Below are positions 13,101 through 27,049 of a DNA stretch of 64,000 bases, in pieces. Each line of letters opens with the position of its first letter. The stretch's first letter is position 1. The notes beneath the pieces are model-generated. The model worked only from the letters and a program-made list of their open reading frames with translations. It had not been told where the DNA came from and searched no databases. The stretch is from Sphagnum compactum (taxonomy: Eukaryota). The position numbers and the translations under genes are program-made. The stretch is taken from contig OZ234493.1 of the NCBI GenBank assembly GCA_965153455.1, positions 34,028,213-34,092,212 on the forward strand. The letters are read 5' to 3'.

Positions 13101-16100
13101 CTTATGGTAACTTTTATGTTGTAGTAGCTTGGAAAGTTCAACAACAAATATTTGTGAGTGAAAAATTCAACAAAAATTTGAAAATTTCTCAAGATATATT
13201 GTTGAAATTTTTTGAAATAAAAGTCAATAATTTTTTTAATATTTTAAATTAGGTTCCTGAAATTAAGTTCATGAAGCTATTAGCTGCAATGGATGAATGA
13301 ATTGTCATGAATTTAACAATATTCTCGTTGGATTGTCAAAGACATTAAAATTTTCCCCAAAGAATGCTGGTGATTTTATTAAAAAATTAATGATTATGTC
13401 AAAATCTTAGGAAAGAAAATTAAACATTCAACAATAAATCATTGAACATGCCAAGCTACTATGGTATTTTGGAGTTTTACAACAACAAAAAATATTGAAT
13501 ACAAAAATAAAATAAAATTGCAAGCTTTTGTAAGAACTTTTAAAATATTGTTACATAACCTAAACCATAAGGCATTAAGAGATGATTAGATTCCAAAATT
13601 CAACATGACATTGCATTAAAAAAAAACCTTACACAACATTAGTTCAAACCAATTTTGGCAAGTTCTTGATTTCAAAATTGGTCTAGGACCAAGTTCTAGG
13701 TTAGATCTTAGAGTATTCACATTAAAGGTTTAACATTTGTTGTTGGAAACCCCGTTGAAACTCAACCAAGGAACAAGCCTTTTTTTAAAATTGATTTAAA
13801 ATCTGAATTTGGGTGTTATCCCTTTTCAAACAAGTTCAAGTTCTTTAAGTACATAAGTACAACTTTTTAAAAATATATATTAAAAGCTTGACCCTACCTT
13901 TATGCAAGTAGTTAATGGTTCATGATACATAGGTAATATTACATGTTCCCTATCTTGGATTATCTAATATTACCTATGTACCAATAAATAATAGTATCAT
14001 GACCAAATTAGAGGTTCCATTGAAAACTTTAAAAGTTTCAAAATTGCAATCAAAGGTTTCTGAAAAACTAAGAATTGGGCAACATTATAAAATAAGAACA
14101 CCAATTTAAAAACACTTCAGGTTTTTGAGAAGGATCATGATTTGAATTGAGATCTATTGTTCTACATCCCAAAAATGCATGTAGTGTAGTTCATTTTTGG
14201 GCACCCTAGTACACTCTAGATCACTCAATTCCATTGAGGAATGAACAAGGTACAACCCCCCAAAGTCAAGGGGGCCCTTGCCTTGAAAAAATCTTTACCA
14301 ATCATCACATGCCCCTATTTTCAAGCATTTAATTCCCTACTAATGCACATTCCAAAGTTGACAAATCACTAGCATATTCTATCCCTATTTCAAAAGATCT
14401 CAAACCTAAAACCAATATCATAGTACCTTGGCCATTTCAACACATGTTCGTTGAATAACTAATTAATTTTGAAAAATTCATTTCAACAAATGGGATATTC
14501 TTAAATATTCACTGTTATCCCTCTCCATATTTTTTTTTTGGAAGGAATAATTTTTGAAAATTTCAACATTTCTGAAAATAATATAATTAATGTTGAATTG
14601 GCTAAGGTACTAGGGTAACCTTTTTTTCTTGTAATGCTCATTTTTATTCAACAACCATAGTTACAAGTTAGAAATGTAATGTTCATTTTATTCAACAACC
14701 ATGGTTACAAGTTAGAAATGGGAGAGCTAATCTATGATACGATAAGAAAGGGTTTTGTTGGCTTGCCTACCAAGGCAAGGATATTGTGTGTAGATTCACA
14801 TTTGGTGATGGGTCTGCTTACCCTAGTTCAAACCACCTGCTAAGACAACAAAAATTGCATTGCATTGCATATTGAATGTCACAATTCAAATGTTGCATGT
14901 TGAAAATTACATTGTAACCAATTTTAGCTACCATTCAAATCACAGCCCTTCTTCTACTACTACTGCACAATGTGTTGGGAATTGTGATTATGAACTAGAG
15001 AAATTGTGGTAAAGGTCGATGCTTGCGAGCCCTATACCATCCCTTCCTTTGGATAATTGCTAGAACATAGAAAGGATCTTAAAAAGCCGATTGATCGATG
15101 AGTTTCAATGAGGTTCCTATTGTCTCTAATTTCATAGGGAAGAAACCCATGTGTTGGTGTAGGATTTTGGGCATAAAACTTTGGCTTGAATTTAACGCAA
15201 TGTGTAATTGACATTTGAAGTGTTGTGTGTGCACTGTGCATGTTCCAATGCAATTAGATGAAAAGTTCTAAATCATTGTCATCATCTAAACCTTGTAAGA
15301 GAAGTTGTTTTAGTTTGAACCAATGTTGGGCAGGTATTTACTACAACACGAAATAATCGTTGATTCTAGTTTTATTTAGTAGTAATCAAACTGGAATTGG
15401 GTTTGATTTTTTGAATGAAAATAGGGAATTGGAACCTAATTTTATTTTCTTAAATAACCAGACCTAGAATCAGGTTCTCTCCACTTTATTTTAAGTACAA
15501 AACCAAAACCAGAACTCAGATTTTGCGGGGGCAAAAAGTGACAAGGATTAAGGTAAACTAATTGCTAATTCTGATCGAAGTTAGTAAAAAATCAAATTAG
15601 AACCAGATCTGATTTTTAGAAACTGAAACTGCAATCAGATGTTGTTTTCGAAAAACCAAACCTTGACTTGAAAATCCCAGAACCAACATAAAAATAGTTC
15701 TAATTTACTTTTAAAACCAGACTTTACATTCTTCACAAAAGTAAAGAACAACCCATCACGGGTTTGAAGTTTGAACCTGCGATATAGGGCAGAGTCAATA
15801 CATCGTGACTAGTGACCTACTTGCTATTATAATCATATGATACAAAACCAACATGTCCTTGTGGAACAATCACTAGAATTGGACATGAGACAAAGTCCAT
15901 ATTAGTGTAGTAATAATTCCCTTAAACACCCATGTGAAAATGTTCTTCACAGTGTAGGTTGGTGTCCCCAAGATGGGCCCCAAGCTCAAGAACACACTGA
16001 ATCTTTTGAGAGCTCTTATCCAAAAATTTGCTTATTTTTTAAAAAATGGGTTCAGCAGTTCCAATTCTATTATTTAAAAATTCAACTCTTGAATAAGGAC

Positions 16101-18254
16101 ATCCTTCCGTTAAGAGCTGATGTGATCATAACTATGGCCCCAATAACAGCTTTTCATTATTCTTAGAGTTCTATTACTCAAGCGGTAACCAAATGCAAGA
16201 GCTATAATAAGTCAAATTGTGAAATCGTCATAAAATATAACATTTTTTGTCATTTTTCATGAAAACAAGTGTTGTTTTTAAGATTCTCCAAAAAAAAATT
16301 CACATATAAAATGTTTCGAAGAGTTCCTAACACTGATTACCTACATATTTTGAACCAAGTTACAACTCTCCAATGGGAAAGCACCTTCCCATGTAGGAAG
16401 AAACAAGGCTCTATTTTAGTGGCTTTCCATTAGGTGGTTGTGCTCACAATACATTGTGTGTAACTATGATAACAACAACCTAATGGGAAACGGCCTTTAA
16501 GTATGTATGGTATGGTGTTGACTTAATGATAAGGTACAATGATTTAACTATGTTTGAGCAACTCCACCTGTTATTTAGGCTTTTAGGAATGTTAGTCACA
16601 TCCAACATGATGTACAATTGTTTCTCAATCCTCACCAATAAACATGACAGTAAAGACAATATAAGGTGAAAGAATCGACCAAAGGAGGCTATTCATTATA
16701 GCCCATCTATCCAAACTGATGATTTCATTTTGCAGTGCCCTTTACATAAGTATTGGATCATGTGCAGATCTATTGACCCAAACCCACATGGTCTTGATTT
16801 AAACTATTGTAGTATAAGTGATGTATTTCATCCAGAATAATATTGTGCAAGCCATGGGTGGAATTGCTCTTAAGTTGAGTTCATTCCACTTCTTTATTTA
16901 TCTTATACAAATGGGTTTTTAAAACCAGAATTGCTCTCTCACTTCAAAAAAAATAAAAAATAAAAAAAAACTTTAGTCCTGTCAGAGACAGCTGATGACA
17001 AAATATATATTTTTTATTTAACTACAATTCCAATTGACACAAGAATGCAATGAGTTGACAATCTCATACACAAGTGTCCTCCTCCTCCCCCACCAAATTC
17101 CAATGGAGGGAACAGCCAGCCCCCCCCAGTGGCTCAGTATAAGGCCCAATTGAAACTGCACCTAAAAAGTACATCAATGGATGAAACCCTATTATCACTC
17201 ACTGTTCTGGATGAATCCCTTTTCCAGGGTTGGCTGGTAGGATTGGTACCTATATATAGCCCACCAGCCAACAAACTATGTACATACTTATTACTCAACA
17301 CTGGTATGTAATATGTTACCTCTTCTCATATCACATTCTTTGCTGACTCACTCCAATTTTTACTTGACAAAGTTTTAAGCAGAAATAGTAATAATTAAGT
17401 TAGGTGGTAATTGGATAATGGGTACATGTCAGGGGCTACTAAAATTATATATTTGGATTGATCTAAGCATAAGGAAGGGTACATAGGATGGTGAGCCACA
17501 ACTAATAAATGAATGTGCCAGTAAGTTTGAGTACTTGTTGTGGTAATGGGTGAGCAGATAAAATTGTTTTTGCAATGGGCTGTAACACTCTCTCTCTCTT
17601 CAGGTCTATGGAGATGGTACATATTTATGTATGGTCTCTAATAAGTTTTTACTTTGCAAGTAGAAAACAATAGAGTCAAACCCTCATACCCTCATAACTT
17701 TTCATATAACATTGTAAATTGACATAGCAACTTAATATGTTAATAAGATATGATGGAAATTTTACTTGGAATGGTATTTTACATGAGCCAATTAGATTTG
17801 TAATTTGCAAGGGGCTCAACTTATGGGGTTGGTCAAAGTAGGGTTAAACAAATCATATGACCTAAGAAAACAAAAGACTGTTTTTGTTTGTTGTTGGATA
17901 ATGGAACTAGTTAGTTAGAGATCCTTGTCCCTATTGAACATTTACATTGTCATTTTCACAATGTATAATGGAAATGATGCATGTATGCATGCATTAAAGA
18001 AAAGGATGTCACATGCACAATATGTCATGGAAAGGAATTGTGTCATGCATGGCTTAATTGAACATGAGAATAAAATCAAATTAAAAAGGAAGGGTTGTTC
18101 CCTAGTGCATTTACAAACCCCTTGTTTTTTTCACCTCTAAATTGCACCCTCTCTGTATTGGCATAAATTCCAGAGTTTGGAAGGTCAAAAAGCTGAAAAT
18201 TTCAGGTAGATTTTTGAGACCTTCAGACACACTAAGGTCAAAGGCTTTTCTTCA

Positions 18255-18510
18255 GTTTTGAGATGTAGCCACATTGGCAATCATCCACAAGAGGAAATTA
18301 GCCAAATTTGACTAGAGGTGTCAGAGAGGAAAGTAGAATTTTTTAAAGATTCTGCTCTATTTTGGTGACCTGCTGAAACCTATTGTCTAAAAATAGCAAT
18401 TTATTTACAAAATTCCTCAAAATCTGGCAACTTTGGCAAATTTTTCACAGAAATCCACTCAAATTTTTGGTTGTCAAGTGGCAAAAAATTGTCCAAAAAA
18501 AGAAAAAACC
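18255..18510. repeat. Dispersed AT-rich MITE-like repeat family (other fragments at about 7040-7230, 23350-23580, 41340-41560)
   Basis: Recurring motif atcatccacaagagga..ttagccaaatttg(g/a)cta in both orientations at several loci. Confidence 0.6.
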
Positions 18511-21448
18511 ATGTTATTGAGTGATATATTCCTACACATATCCATAGATTGAATTTGAAACACACTTGTTTTGCCCTATCCAAAGTCCAAATTGTAAAGA
18601 TTCTTGCTTCGTGCTAAACCCTTTTAAGACAAGGCAAGAATTGTTACAAAGTCATCTCAATCGATGAGCTAGAGATCTAATGCTCGAATCTCAATTACAT
18701 TCTGAAGCAATGACATGCGCACAATCGTCTGGAATTCAAATTGGAGTTGCAATCATGCACTTTTGAGACTCAATGTCTCCACTTATTTCCTTCCATTCAT
18801 GAGCGATTTGAAATGGGTTTGAAGAAGATCAAACTGCAGTTTAAATCATCTGCCATGGGTGTTGTACAAATCATATGAGGCTTGTGAAAAAGGTTTCTTC
18901 TTACTCTCCCTGTCCTCAAGAAACACTTAAAGAAACACTTGAGGAGTATGCTGTACATAGTCAAATTACCCTTCAAATATCCAATATCATGCATAATTGA
19001 AAATTTGGAAATATTAAAATTTTCCATTTATTGCCAATATATGGCTAACAGAAAGAAAAGTAAAGTAAATGAGATAATTAATTGAGGAAAGTAAAGCCTC
19101 CATTTTAGAGTTGGCCACTTTCTAACCCACCATAAGAACAATTGCCAAACTTCCACAATTTTTCAGTCATATTATCCTTTGTATGCCCTATGAACCCTGA
19201 CAATAATTGGCTTGCTATATAGTAGATGAAATTTAGCATTGGTGTAAATAATGGTGAATGGATACCAGAAAATAATCGTCTACATTCTCTGAGTTCATCA
19301 TACCCAGACAACTACCCCATTAGCCAACAACGAAACTATTTGAAAACCTGAAATCATTTGTATGAATAAGCATTAAAAGCCACAAGCTAATGAACAAAAT
19401 TCACGTAGAAGAAGGTACTTAGTATTCAAATACAATTCCAAAAGTCCCAATTTGAAGAGTATGGCATTGGTCTCATGTGCATCTTGATCAAACATCCAAG
19501 CTTGTTAAAGAAATGCATCTCTTTGTGCTGATTGGTTTTGTTTGGACAAGCTTCAATTCTTCATAGCAATTTCTTTGATCTCTTTCATACATTTGCACAT
19601 GTAAAAATTCACATTAATCTTTTTGGTCATGTTTGTAGTGTTCATCATAACTTTCCTCCAAGCATGTTTATGCAAGCAAAAAAACAGCCCAGTATGTGCA
19701 AAGCTTGGTTGAGATCTTGTGTGCAAAAATCTCATCACAAAAGCAATAACAAGCTTTGACAACCAAACTAGAAGACACACACGCTAGTAATGCGTATCTG
19801 GATCACCCCACTATTTGCATAATCTCCTGTCTGATATTAATCCCAGTTTGTACCCTTGACACTAGGTAAAGTTATCACAATAAAGAGCTTCTTCCCACGT
19901 TCATTGTTCATGTTATCTCTGAAGAAGATACAATCCATATCATTCAACAATAAATTTGTCACACATGTATGCCAGTCATTTTGTTTTCCAATGAAGCATT
20001 CAAATGTCCAAAGGTATTGTGGATTCAGTGCCTTGTAGCTTCACCCATCACTACCATATATCAAGCATTCACAAACCATATCCTTCACCTCTTTTTGTTG
20101 TTCATTGTAGTGTGCAGTGCACCCACAGACTCCTGGAAACAATGCAATGTACCTGGCACAGAAATTTAAGTGGAGAATTTTGTGGTACATCAAAAGATTA
20201 AATGGTAGATAATCATGTATATACATTGGGGAAGGCCTGTTCCCTTGGCCCTCACATGCTTTTCAGGCAGGAGAACTCAGGCTACTACAATTACAAGTTC
20301 TCAGGCAGGGAAACTCAGGCTACCACACTTTTGTTTCCCTCAAACCACAATGGGCCTTGAGAGGAGGCCTTTCCTCTCAAGGTTCTCACATAATTCATCT
20401 CTCATCCATAGCACTGATGCAAGAGCATCACATTCCAGAACTCAATGTGCAATAGACAGTGCTGAAATCACTCTCCTTCTTGATGAATGTACATTGGAGA
20501 GATGGGGAACAGCTTCCATCTATGCAGTCAACTCCTCTTCTACAAGATGCAATAATGGATTGTAACCTTACCCACGGACAGATGGCTGAATCAGCAATGA
20601 AAAACATGGCATTGGGAGTTGCAGGATCCAGGTACAAACATGCTCTTAAACACTTGCTCAATTTTGTTTGGCCCAACACTTTTGAGAATCTTTCTATGGG
20701 ATCAAACAATATGAACACAAGCTGAGCAGATTGGTTGGTTAGATCCCACAACAACAGGGGTGAAGTTGGTTGCTGAGAGAGACCCAGCACATCAGCAAAA
20801 ATATGATGCAACCCCATGGAAATCCTGGAGATTCCCTCGCAAAGAAAACCCTTACAATCCAAGCAGGAAAACAGACACTCTTGGGTTCACTCTTGGGTGC
20901 TGCATTTGACAATCTGAGTTCACAATACCTGCATTTTCCAACAGAGCAGCATTGCTGATCTGCCTCAGACTGCTCCCCATACAGGCCATACCTGAGTTTG
21001 TTGTTTCGAAATCGTCACCTATTAAAGCCTCATCCAGGATCCTGCAATGATTTAGAGCTCCATGCAAGGGGCTTAATATTCACTGGGCACAGAGGAATGG
21101 TTAAAACACTTTGTCCGGTCTTGATCAAAAGGTTTTCTTCAATTCTGCAATTGTTCAAAATTTGGAGAGATCAAAAGGGTTGGATTCAGTTCTTTAGCTA
21201 GATGTCATCATGAGCTAAGCCTATCCTTCTTGCCAAAAGAACTATTATGTATGCGTTTCAGCTCTAGATGGAGGATAGGTTGAGGGTTTAGGGGCAGATC
21301 TGTTTCCAAACCTGATGAGATTCTTCAACATGTTGATACAACACGCTCAACCTGAATTTTACAACAGCCCTCAAGAGTGCCAGCTTATTCTCGTTGCGTT
21401 AGGCATAGCCGCAGCATTATTATTATCTCAGGAAAGTACGAGAAAACA

Positions 21449-22669
21449 TCAAGTCGGTGGTGGCTGCTCCATCGCTCCTTCGTCAGCGGACCAGAATAGA
21501 ACCCAAATTGATAGCACGAGCGAGAGTCCAGTGAGTAGCACCACTCGGATGTTACACCTCTGGCGCGATACGTACCTTCCTTCCTTGTCAGAAGAGAAAT
21601 GCGCTCTCGCCGTGGTTTCCACCGGCTCCACCTCCGCTTCGGGCTCTGCCGTAGTTTCTATACCTCTGAGGAAAGTTTCCGTACATCGTTTTGGAGAAGG
21701 AATGGCCTCCAAGGAGACTGCCTCGTCCTGTTTCAGGAGGTCTTTGTCTGGCAAATGGCAGGCTGTGTAGTCGTGAGTCTCAACACGGGTTGCCGTAACA
21801 GCAAGAGTCGGTGATACTGACTTCTTGTTAACATTCGGGACCTCCAAGGCAGCGTTTGCGGATTCGGAAATATCACTGCCAACAGGTCCGGTGTTCGTGC
21901 AAACTGTAGTGGATATAACTGGCTTGATCTGTTCTGGAAGAGGATTGGAGAGATCAGGGACGCCTTCTTCTTCTTGAGCAATATAGTCACTGCCGCTTCC
22001 ATTGCAAGCGATTGTTATAGCATTTGGCTGAGATGTCTTCTGTTCGCAGAAAATTGCAACAAAGAACACGGAAAGGAAGATGAGGCATATTGTCACTGCC
22101 GCTTCCATTGCAAGCAATTGTCATATCATTTGGCTGAGAGGTCTTCTGTTCGCAGAAAAATTGTAACAAAGAACACGGACAGGAAGATTTCAAGATCGGC
22201 AACAACGAATTACAGAAGAAACACCATCCTGTGCAAGCAATGAATGATGGATATATATCTGGAATCCGGATTCAGGGAGAGACGTAAATGCCGTGTGGAA
22301 TCTGAAACCAGGGATAGAGCAATTTCTCTTATTTGCTACATCTTTCGCAGGTCAGTGCAATTGTTTCAAAGCTTTGTTTGACGACAATTCCGTACCTCAT
22401 GTGCTTGGCACAACATGAAAATCGTGTCCTGATTTGTACGTAAATCGACGGAAGTCTTGAGGAATGTTCTTTACCTTTCCGCCTTTGAGCGCCTTCTTTT
22501 CACCGGTTTCTTCTGTGATACTCGAAGTCGAATTAATAGTTGAGCTCCGCGTATTCTTTGACGCCAGCGCTGATGCCTGCTTTGAAGGACTTGCCTTTCT
22601 CTGATTCAGGAACCGCGCAATATCGGTGCCAGTCACTGGAGCTATGTGGCGCTCGCTCCTCATAGCCAT
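21449..22669 (-). CDS. Putative plant KASH-domain (tail-anchored outer nuclear membrane) protein, about 261 aa
   Basis: Exon 22475-22669 (MAMRSE...LKGGK, GTAAAG donor, phase 0) joins the acceptor ttttctgcgaacag and exon 21449-22039 (KTSQPN...). The C-terminus is RVVLLTGLSLVLSIWVLFW-SADEGAMEQPPPT-stop. Probable 5' UTR splice sites lie near 22720 (acceptor) and 23260 (GTGAGT donor). An intermediate exon cannot be excluded. Confidence 0.65.
21986..22189. repeat. 106-bp tandem duplication spanning an intron acceptor and the start of the exon
   Basis: gtcactgccgcttccattgcaagc...tcttctgttcgcagaaaa.ttg.aacaaagaacacgga.aggaagat is present twice; the acceptors are at 22040-22041 and 22146-22147. Confidence 0.9.
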
Positions 22670-22819
22670 CAGCTAGTAGCAGCCAAAGCATACAACCCTG
22701 CTCGCACTCCTTCAGTTCTCTGCAAAATATCAATTTCAAGATTGTCAAAATGATCCAACAACTATAAGCACAGTCCAGATTCCAGAATAGATTTATTCTG
22801 AAGAAAAAACCAAGTCTAT

Positions 22820-23036
22820 TAGTTTCGCGATCATGAAGCTTACGCACACATAAAACTGCACAGATCGCAAAATTTACTGAAACAACCAGAAAACCGAGGG
22901 GGAAAAAAAACAGCTATCCTCCTTAGTTTCGAGGTCATGAAGCTTTATGCGCATATAAAACTCCACAGATCGCATTACCGCAACAACCAGAAAACGAGGG
23001 AAACACGACCAAAAAAAAAAAAAACAGCAATCCTCC
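22820..23036. repeat. ~100-bp imperfect tandem duplication in the putative 5' UTR intron
   Basis: tagtttcg...tcatgaagctt...ataaaact.cacagatcgca...aacaaccagaaaac.gaggg...aaaacagc.atcctcc occurs twice. Confidence 0.85.
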
Positions 23037-25100
23037 GCAAAGAGACCTCCAAGCGCTTGCTTAATGTTGCGACATGAAGACAGAATTCAAGCATCATTAA
23101 TTCACGACAATTCCTCAACAATCACTAAGATCTTGACACCGAATAGACCAAAAATTCCACAGATATGTCAATCTCGTTAGATCATCTTCATCAGCAGTGT
23201 ACAGGATGGCATCATCAGTATTGGAACATCCAGTTTGAAACAAAACAACTCCTTACTCACCGTTGATGCGCGCTCCCGGGCACAGAAAGGCCTGCAACAG
23301 CCACAACAACAGCAGCAACAACAAACAAAGTGGGGGTTTTCTTTTTCTGTGGCAATTTGCGAAAAATATTTTTTGGAAAAAGAATATTCTGATGCCAAAT
23401 GCCATGTTTTTTTATTGAAGAAAATCACCAAAAAATAAATTAAAAAAAATCCCCAAAATTTGTCACAATTGCCTGAAATTGTGCTTAAGATTTTTTACTT
23501 TCATATTTTGAATATCGCCAAATTTGGCTGAACACTCTTACGGATGATTGCCACTTGAGTAATATTGCAAATCGAAGAAAACATTCAATTTCAATTCTTC
23601 ATACATTAGCACACATTCTCACAATAGACCTATTCTATTTCACAATGCAAAACTCCCAAGTCTAACTCCCAAGTCTAATTCACTCCCAAGTAAATTGACA
23701 TCATACATACCCACATTAACAAAGATCCACACCAATCAAACATCACAAATACCACACCATCCCAAGACTACAATACCTAGTTCAAATCTCAATTTGAAGC
23801 CATAATCTATAAGTGCAAAACATAATAAGAAATGTTTTCAACAAAATACGATAGATTCACACAAAGGCTTTGTCAACCATTATATTACATATTTGAGCAA
23901 GGGTTTAAAGTACAATCAAGGACTTCCAAATTGACATTGAAGTTCAATCTCAAAACTTCAACATAGATTTTCAATTATGACAATTATATATGGTAACGAT
24001 AATATCTTGGCACTATGATCACAAATATGAACTTTCAACATATGAAGCTTCACATCATTCGAAAGCCTTTCCAAAATTTAACCTAACTTTTATATTGTTG
24101 GGACCAAACAAAAAAAATTCCACAAATTTAATTCTAACATTTATCTTGCAAACCTTGAGACATTGCAAAATAACATTCATGACATGCTGCATACTTCCTA
24201 TATGTTCACATGAACCCTAATTATCCTTATTCTATGATCATTTCCATTAACCTCAAATGTAAGTTGTTAAAAATAGATGTGCAATGAAAAATCATTCTTC
24301 TACAACTCTCTTGGACACAACTACAAGTTGCAAAAAAGTCCTATTTACACAACTATAAAGGTTCAAAGTCATGGACTTTTCCTTGAATATAGATAATGTT
24401 TTAACAAACATGATGTTCCTAAATTTATCAATTTATATAGTCCTTTTGACTCTTGCCATTGCAATCCAACACATAATAAATGCAAAGCTAAGCATCACAC
24501 ACCCTTTGCACACTTTTCGTTATCTAATTTGTGATGCTTAAGTTATCACCTTTGCAAACACTACATGAGACAAATTTATTGGAGCTTTTGTCCATTTCAA
24601 GGGTCATGTTTGTGAACAAATCTTTAATTGTAGCCTCCCAAACCTTTTGAAGTTCAATAAAAGATTTTTATTATTTGTAATCATTGATTTTTTTCATGTT
24701 TTTGGCTACAATAATATGTAAAACCATTATAAAAATTATTTTTCATATTGGCTTGGTTGAAGTTCAAAATGCCACATCTAGGAAAATAATATTTGTGACA
24801 ACATTTTTGTTCATTGAAATGTGTTTTCACCTTATGCTTGTTGTGTGTGTGTCTGTGTGTGTGTTTGTGTAATTAAAAACATTAACATGAATAATTTTTT
24901 CATTTGAAATACATGCATTTATTAATAAGTACCTCCTACCTACCTAGGTTAACCTACCTATAACCTACCTATTTATGTAAGTAATACATAAAAAAATTCA
25001 AGTTCATTTAGTGCAATATGTTGAAAAAAAATTCATGAAAATTGATTATAATATGTTGGTCCAAAATCATGTTCAATACAATTATTATAATATCACCTTA

Positions 25101-25166
25101 TGGGGTGATGGTGCAATGGTTAAGGACTTGATTTCTCAATGTGGAGGTGAGGAGTTCAAGTCCCCA
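25101..25166 (+). other. tRNA-like head (Pol III A- and B-box), probably part of a SINE or other repeat rather than a functional tRNA
   Basis: TGGGG...CCCCA terminal pairing, A-box-like TGGTGCAATGG (25109-25119), B-box-like GAGTTCAAGTCC (25152-25163). The anticodon arm pairs poorly. Confidence 0.4.
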
Positions 25167-25344
25167 CACTTACAACCTAGGCTACCTTGGCTACTTAGGT
25201 AACATAAATAGGTAGCCTAAGTTGCAAAAACTACTAGACCACCTAGCCTAGGCTACTTGGCCTAGTTTAAGGGGTTTGACTTAGTCTAAGTGGTTTGGTC
25301 TAGCCTAGGTGGCTAAACTAGGTGGCCTAGCCTAGGCCTAGGAC

Positions 25345-25872
25345 ATAAAGTTGGTAAGTAAATAAATAAATATTTTTTTGGCATGAAATTATGAGTTTAT
25401 AATTAAGTAACTAAGTAGGCAGGTAGGTAGGTAAGTAAGTAAGTAAGATAAGGTAGGTAAGGTAATTGATTAATTAATATTTTCATATCAATTTTAAATA
25501 AAATAATTTAAATAATATGTTTTGGTTGTTGCCCAAATTTTATTATTGTCACGATGGTTCGGTCAATAAAAGCTAGTAAAAAAAACCCAGCCAAAAAAAC
25601 TAGGTGGCTTGGGCCTAGGTTGGTAAGTAAATAAATAAATAAATAAATTTTTGGCATTAAACGTTAAGTTTATTAATTAAGTAGATAAGTAGGTAGGTAG
25701 GTGGGTAAGTAGGATAGGGTAGGTAAGGTAATTGATTAATTAATATTTTCATATCAAATTTAAATAAAATAATTTAAATAATTATTATTTTTGGTTGTTG
25801 CACAAATTTTATTATTGTCACGGTGGTTCAGTCAATAAAAGCTGGTAAAAAAAACCCAATCAAAAAAACTAA
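25345..25872. repeat. ~270-bp tandem duplication rich in AGGT/TAAG motifs
   Basis: gttggtaagtaaataaataaat...gtcaataaaagct.gtaaaaaaaaccca occurs twice (about 25350-25600 and 25619-25870). Confidence 0.85.
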
Positions 25873-27049
25873 TCAAAAAAATTTAGTCAAAATGGTTGGG
25901 TCCAAATCGATTGTCCAAAATGGCACTTTGGTCAAGTTGAACATGGGGGCAAAAAAACCATAGGGGGTTTTTTTTATCGAAATTCCCAATCAAAAAATTT
26001 ATGATTTCTTGTAGTGATTTGAAACCATAAGATGGTTTCCATCATGTGTTGCCCATAACCCATGATCTCCTAACATATATGGCATATTCTCACCTACTGC
26101 CACTGATCCTAAAAAACTAATTTCACAAAATAATCTTAGATCAACATCTAAACCATATGATTGACCATCTTTTCGATCCTTGACCTTTATTGACCCAAAT
26201 GTAATAGATTTCACTTGGGCCGCCATGTTTATGATTAGGGCAAACCTAACCATGCAAACCTAGCCTCCATGGTGTTGGGTTGGCCTTGAGTTGGCTTGGT
26301 GGCTGAACATTTGTTGGCCACACTTTTCCCCTTTTGGCCTTTCCCAAAACCTTGGCCCCTACTAACATTGGTGTTCCATGACTGGCCATGTTATAATTTT
26401 GGATGAAGTGTAAAGCAATGATCGGCATTTTGTTCATATGCATTACAATAGGAACATGAATGGCTGGGATTAAGGTTAAAAGTTGTGGCCTATGGTGGAT
26501 TGGAATTTATTTTTTCTTGTGAGGCCCACCATACCTCCAACATTTTTTTTTTCCACCTTGTTTTGTCGAATAGGATGTGAAACCACCACCTGAATCGAGT
26601 TTGGCCCCCTTGGCCTTTGGTGGTGTAACCTTGGTTGGCTAACTATGTTGGTTAACATGTGTCAGAAAAAAAGACACATGTTAATCTCTTGAAATAATCT
26701 CAACATATTAAAATGAAATAACACATGTTTACATTTGTATGAAATTACATGTAAACATGTGTATGAAATTGGGAAGACACAAAGATTCAATTTTTTTTTG
26801 AAAGAACACAAAGATTCCAAAATACATTGAAAAATTAAACATATTTGTTTTTCTTTCGATATCTTAGGATTCATAAGGTTATTTTGAAACATTACAATTT
26901 GTAAAATGTTTATTTAAAAAAAATTCTAGTTTGGAATCAACCTCTAATAAATTTGTAGTTTGAAATTGTTTTTTTGTACGACCTACGATTATAGCCCATC
27001 CCACCTAAACCAGCTATGATGAAATCATCGTCACTAAAATAAATGACTA

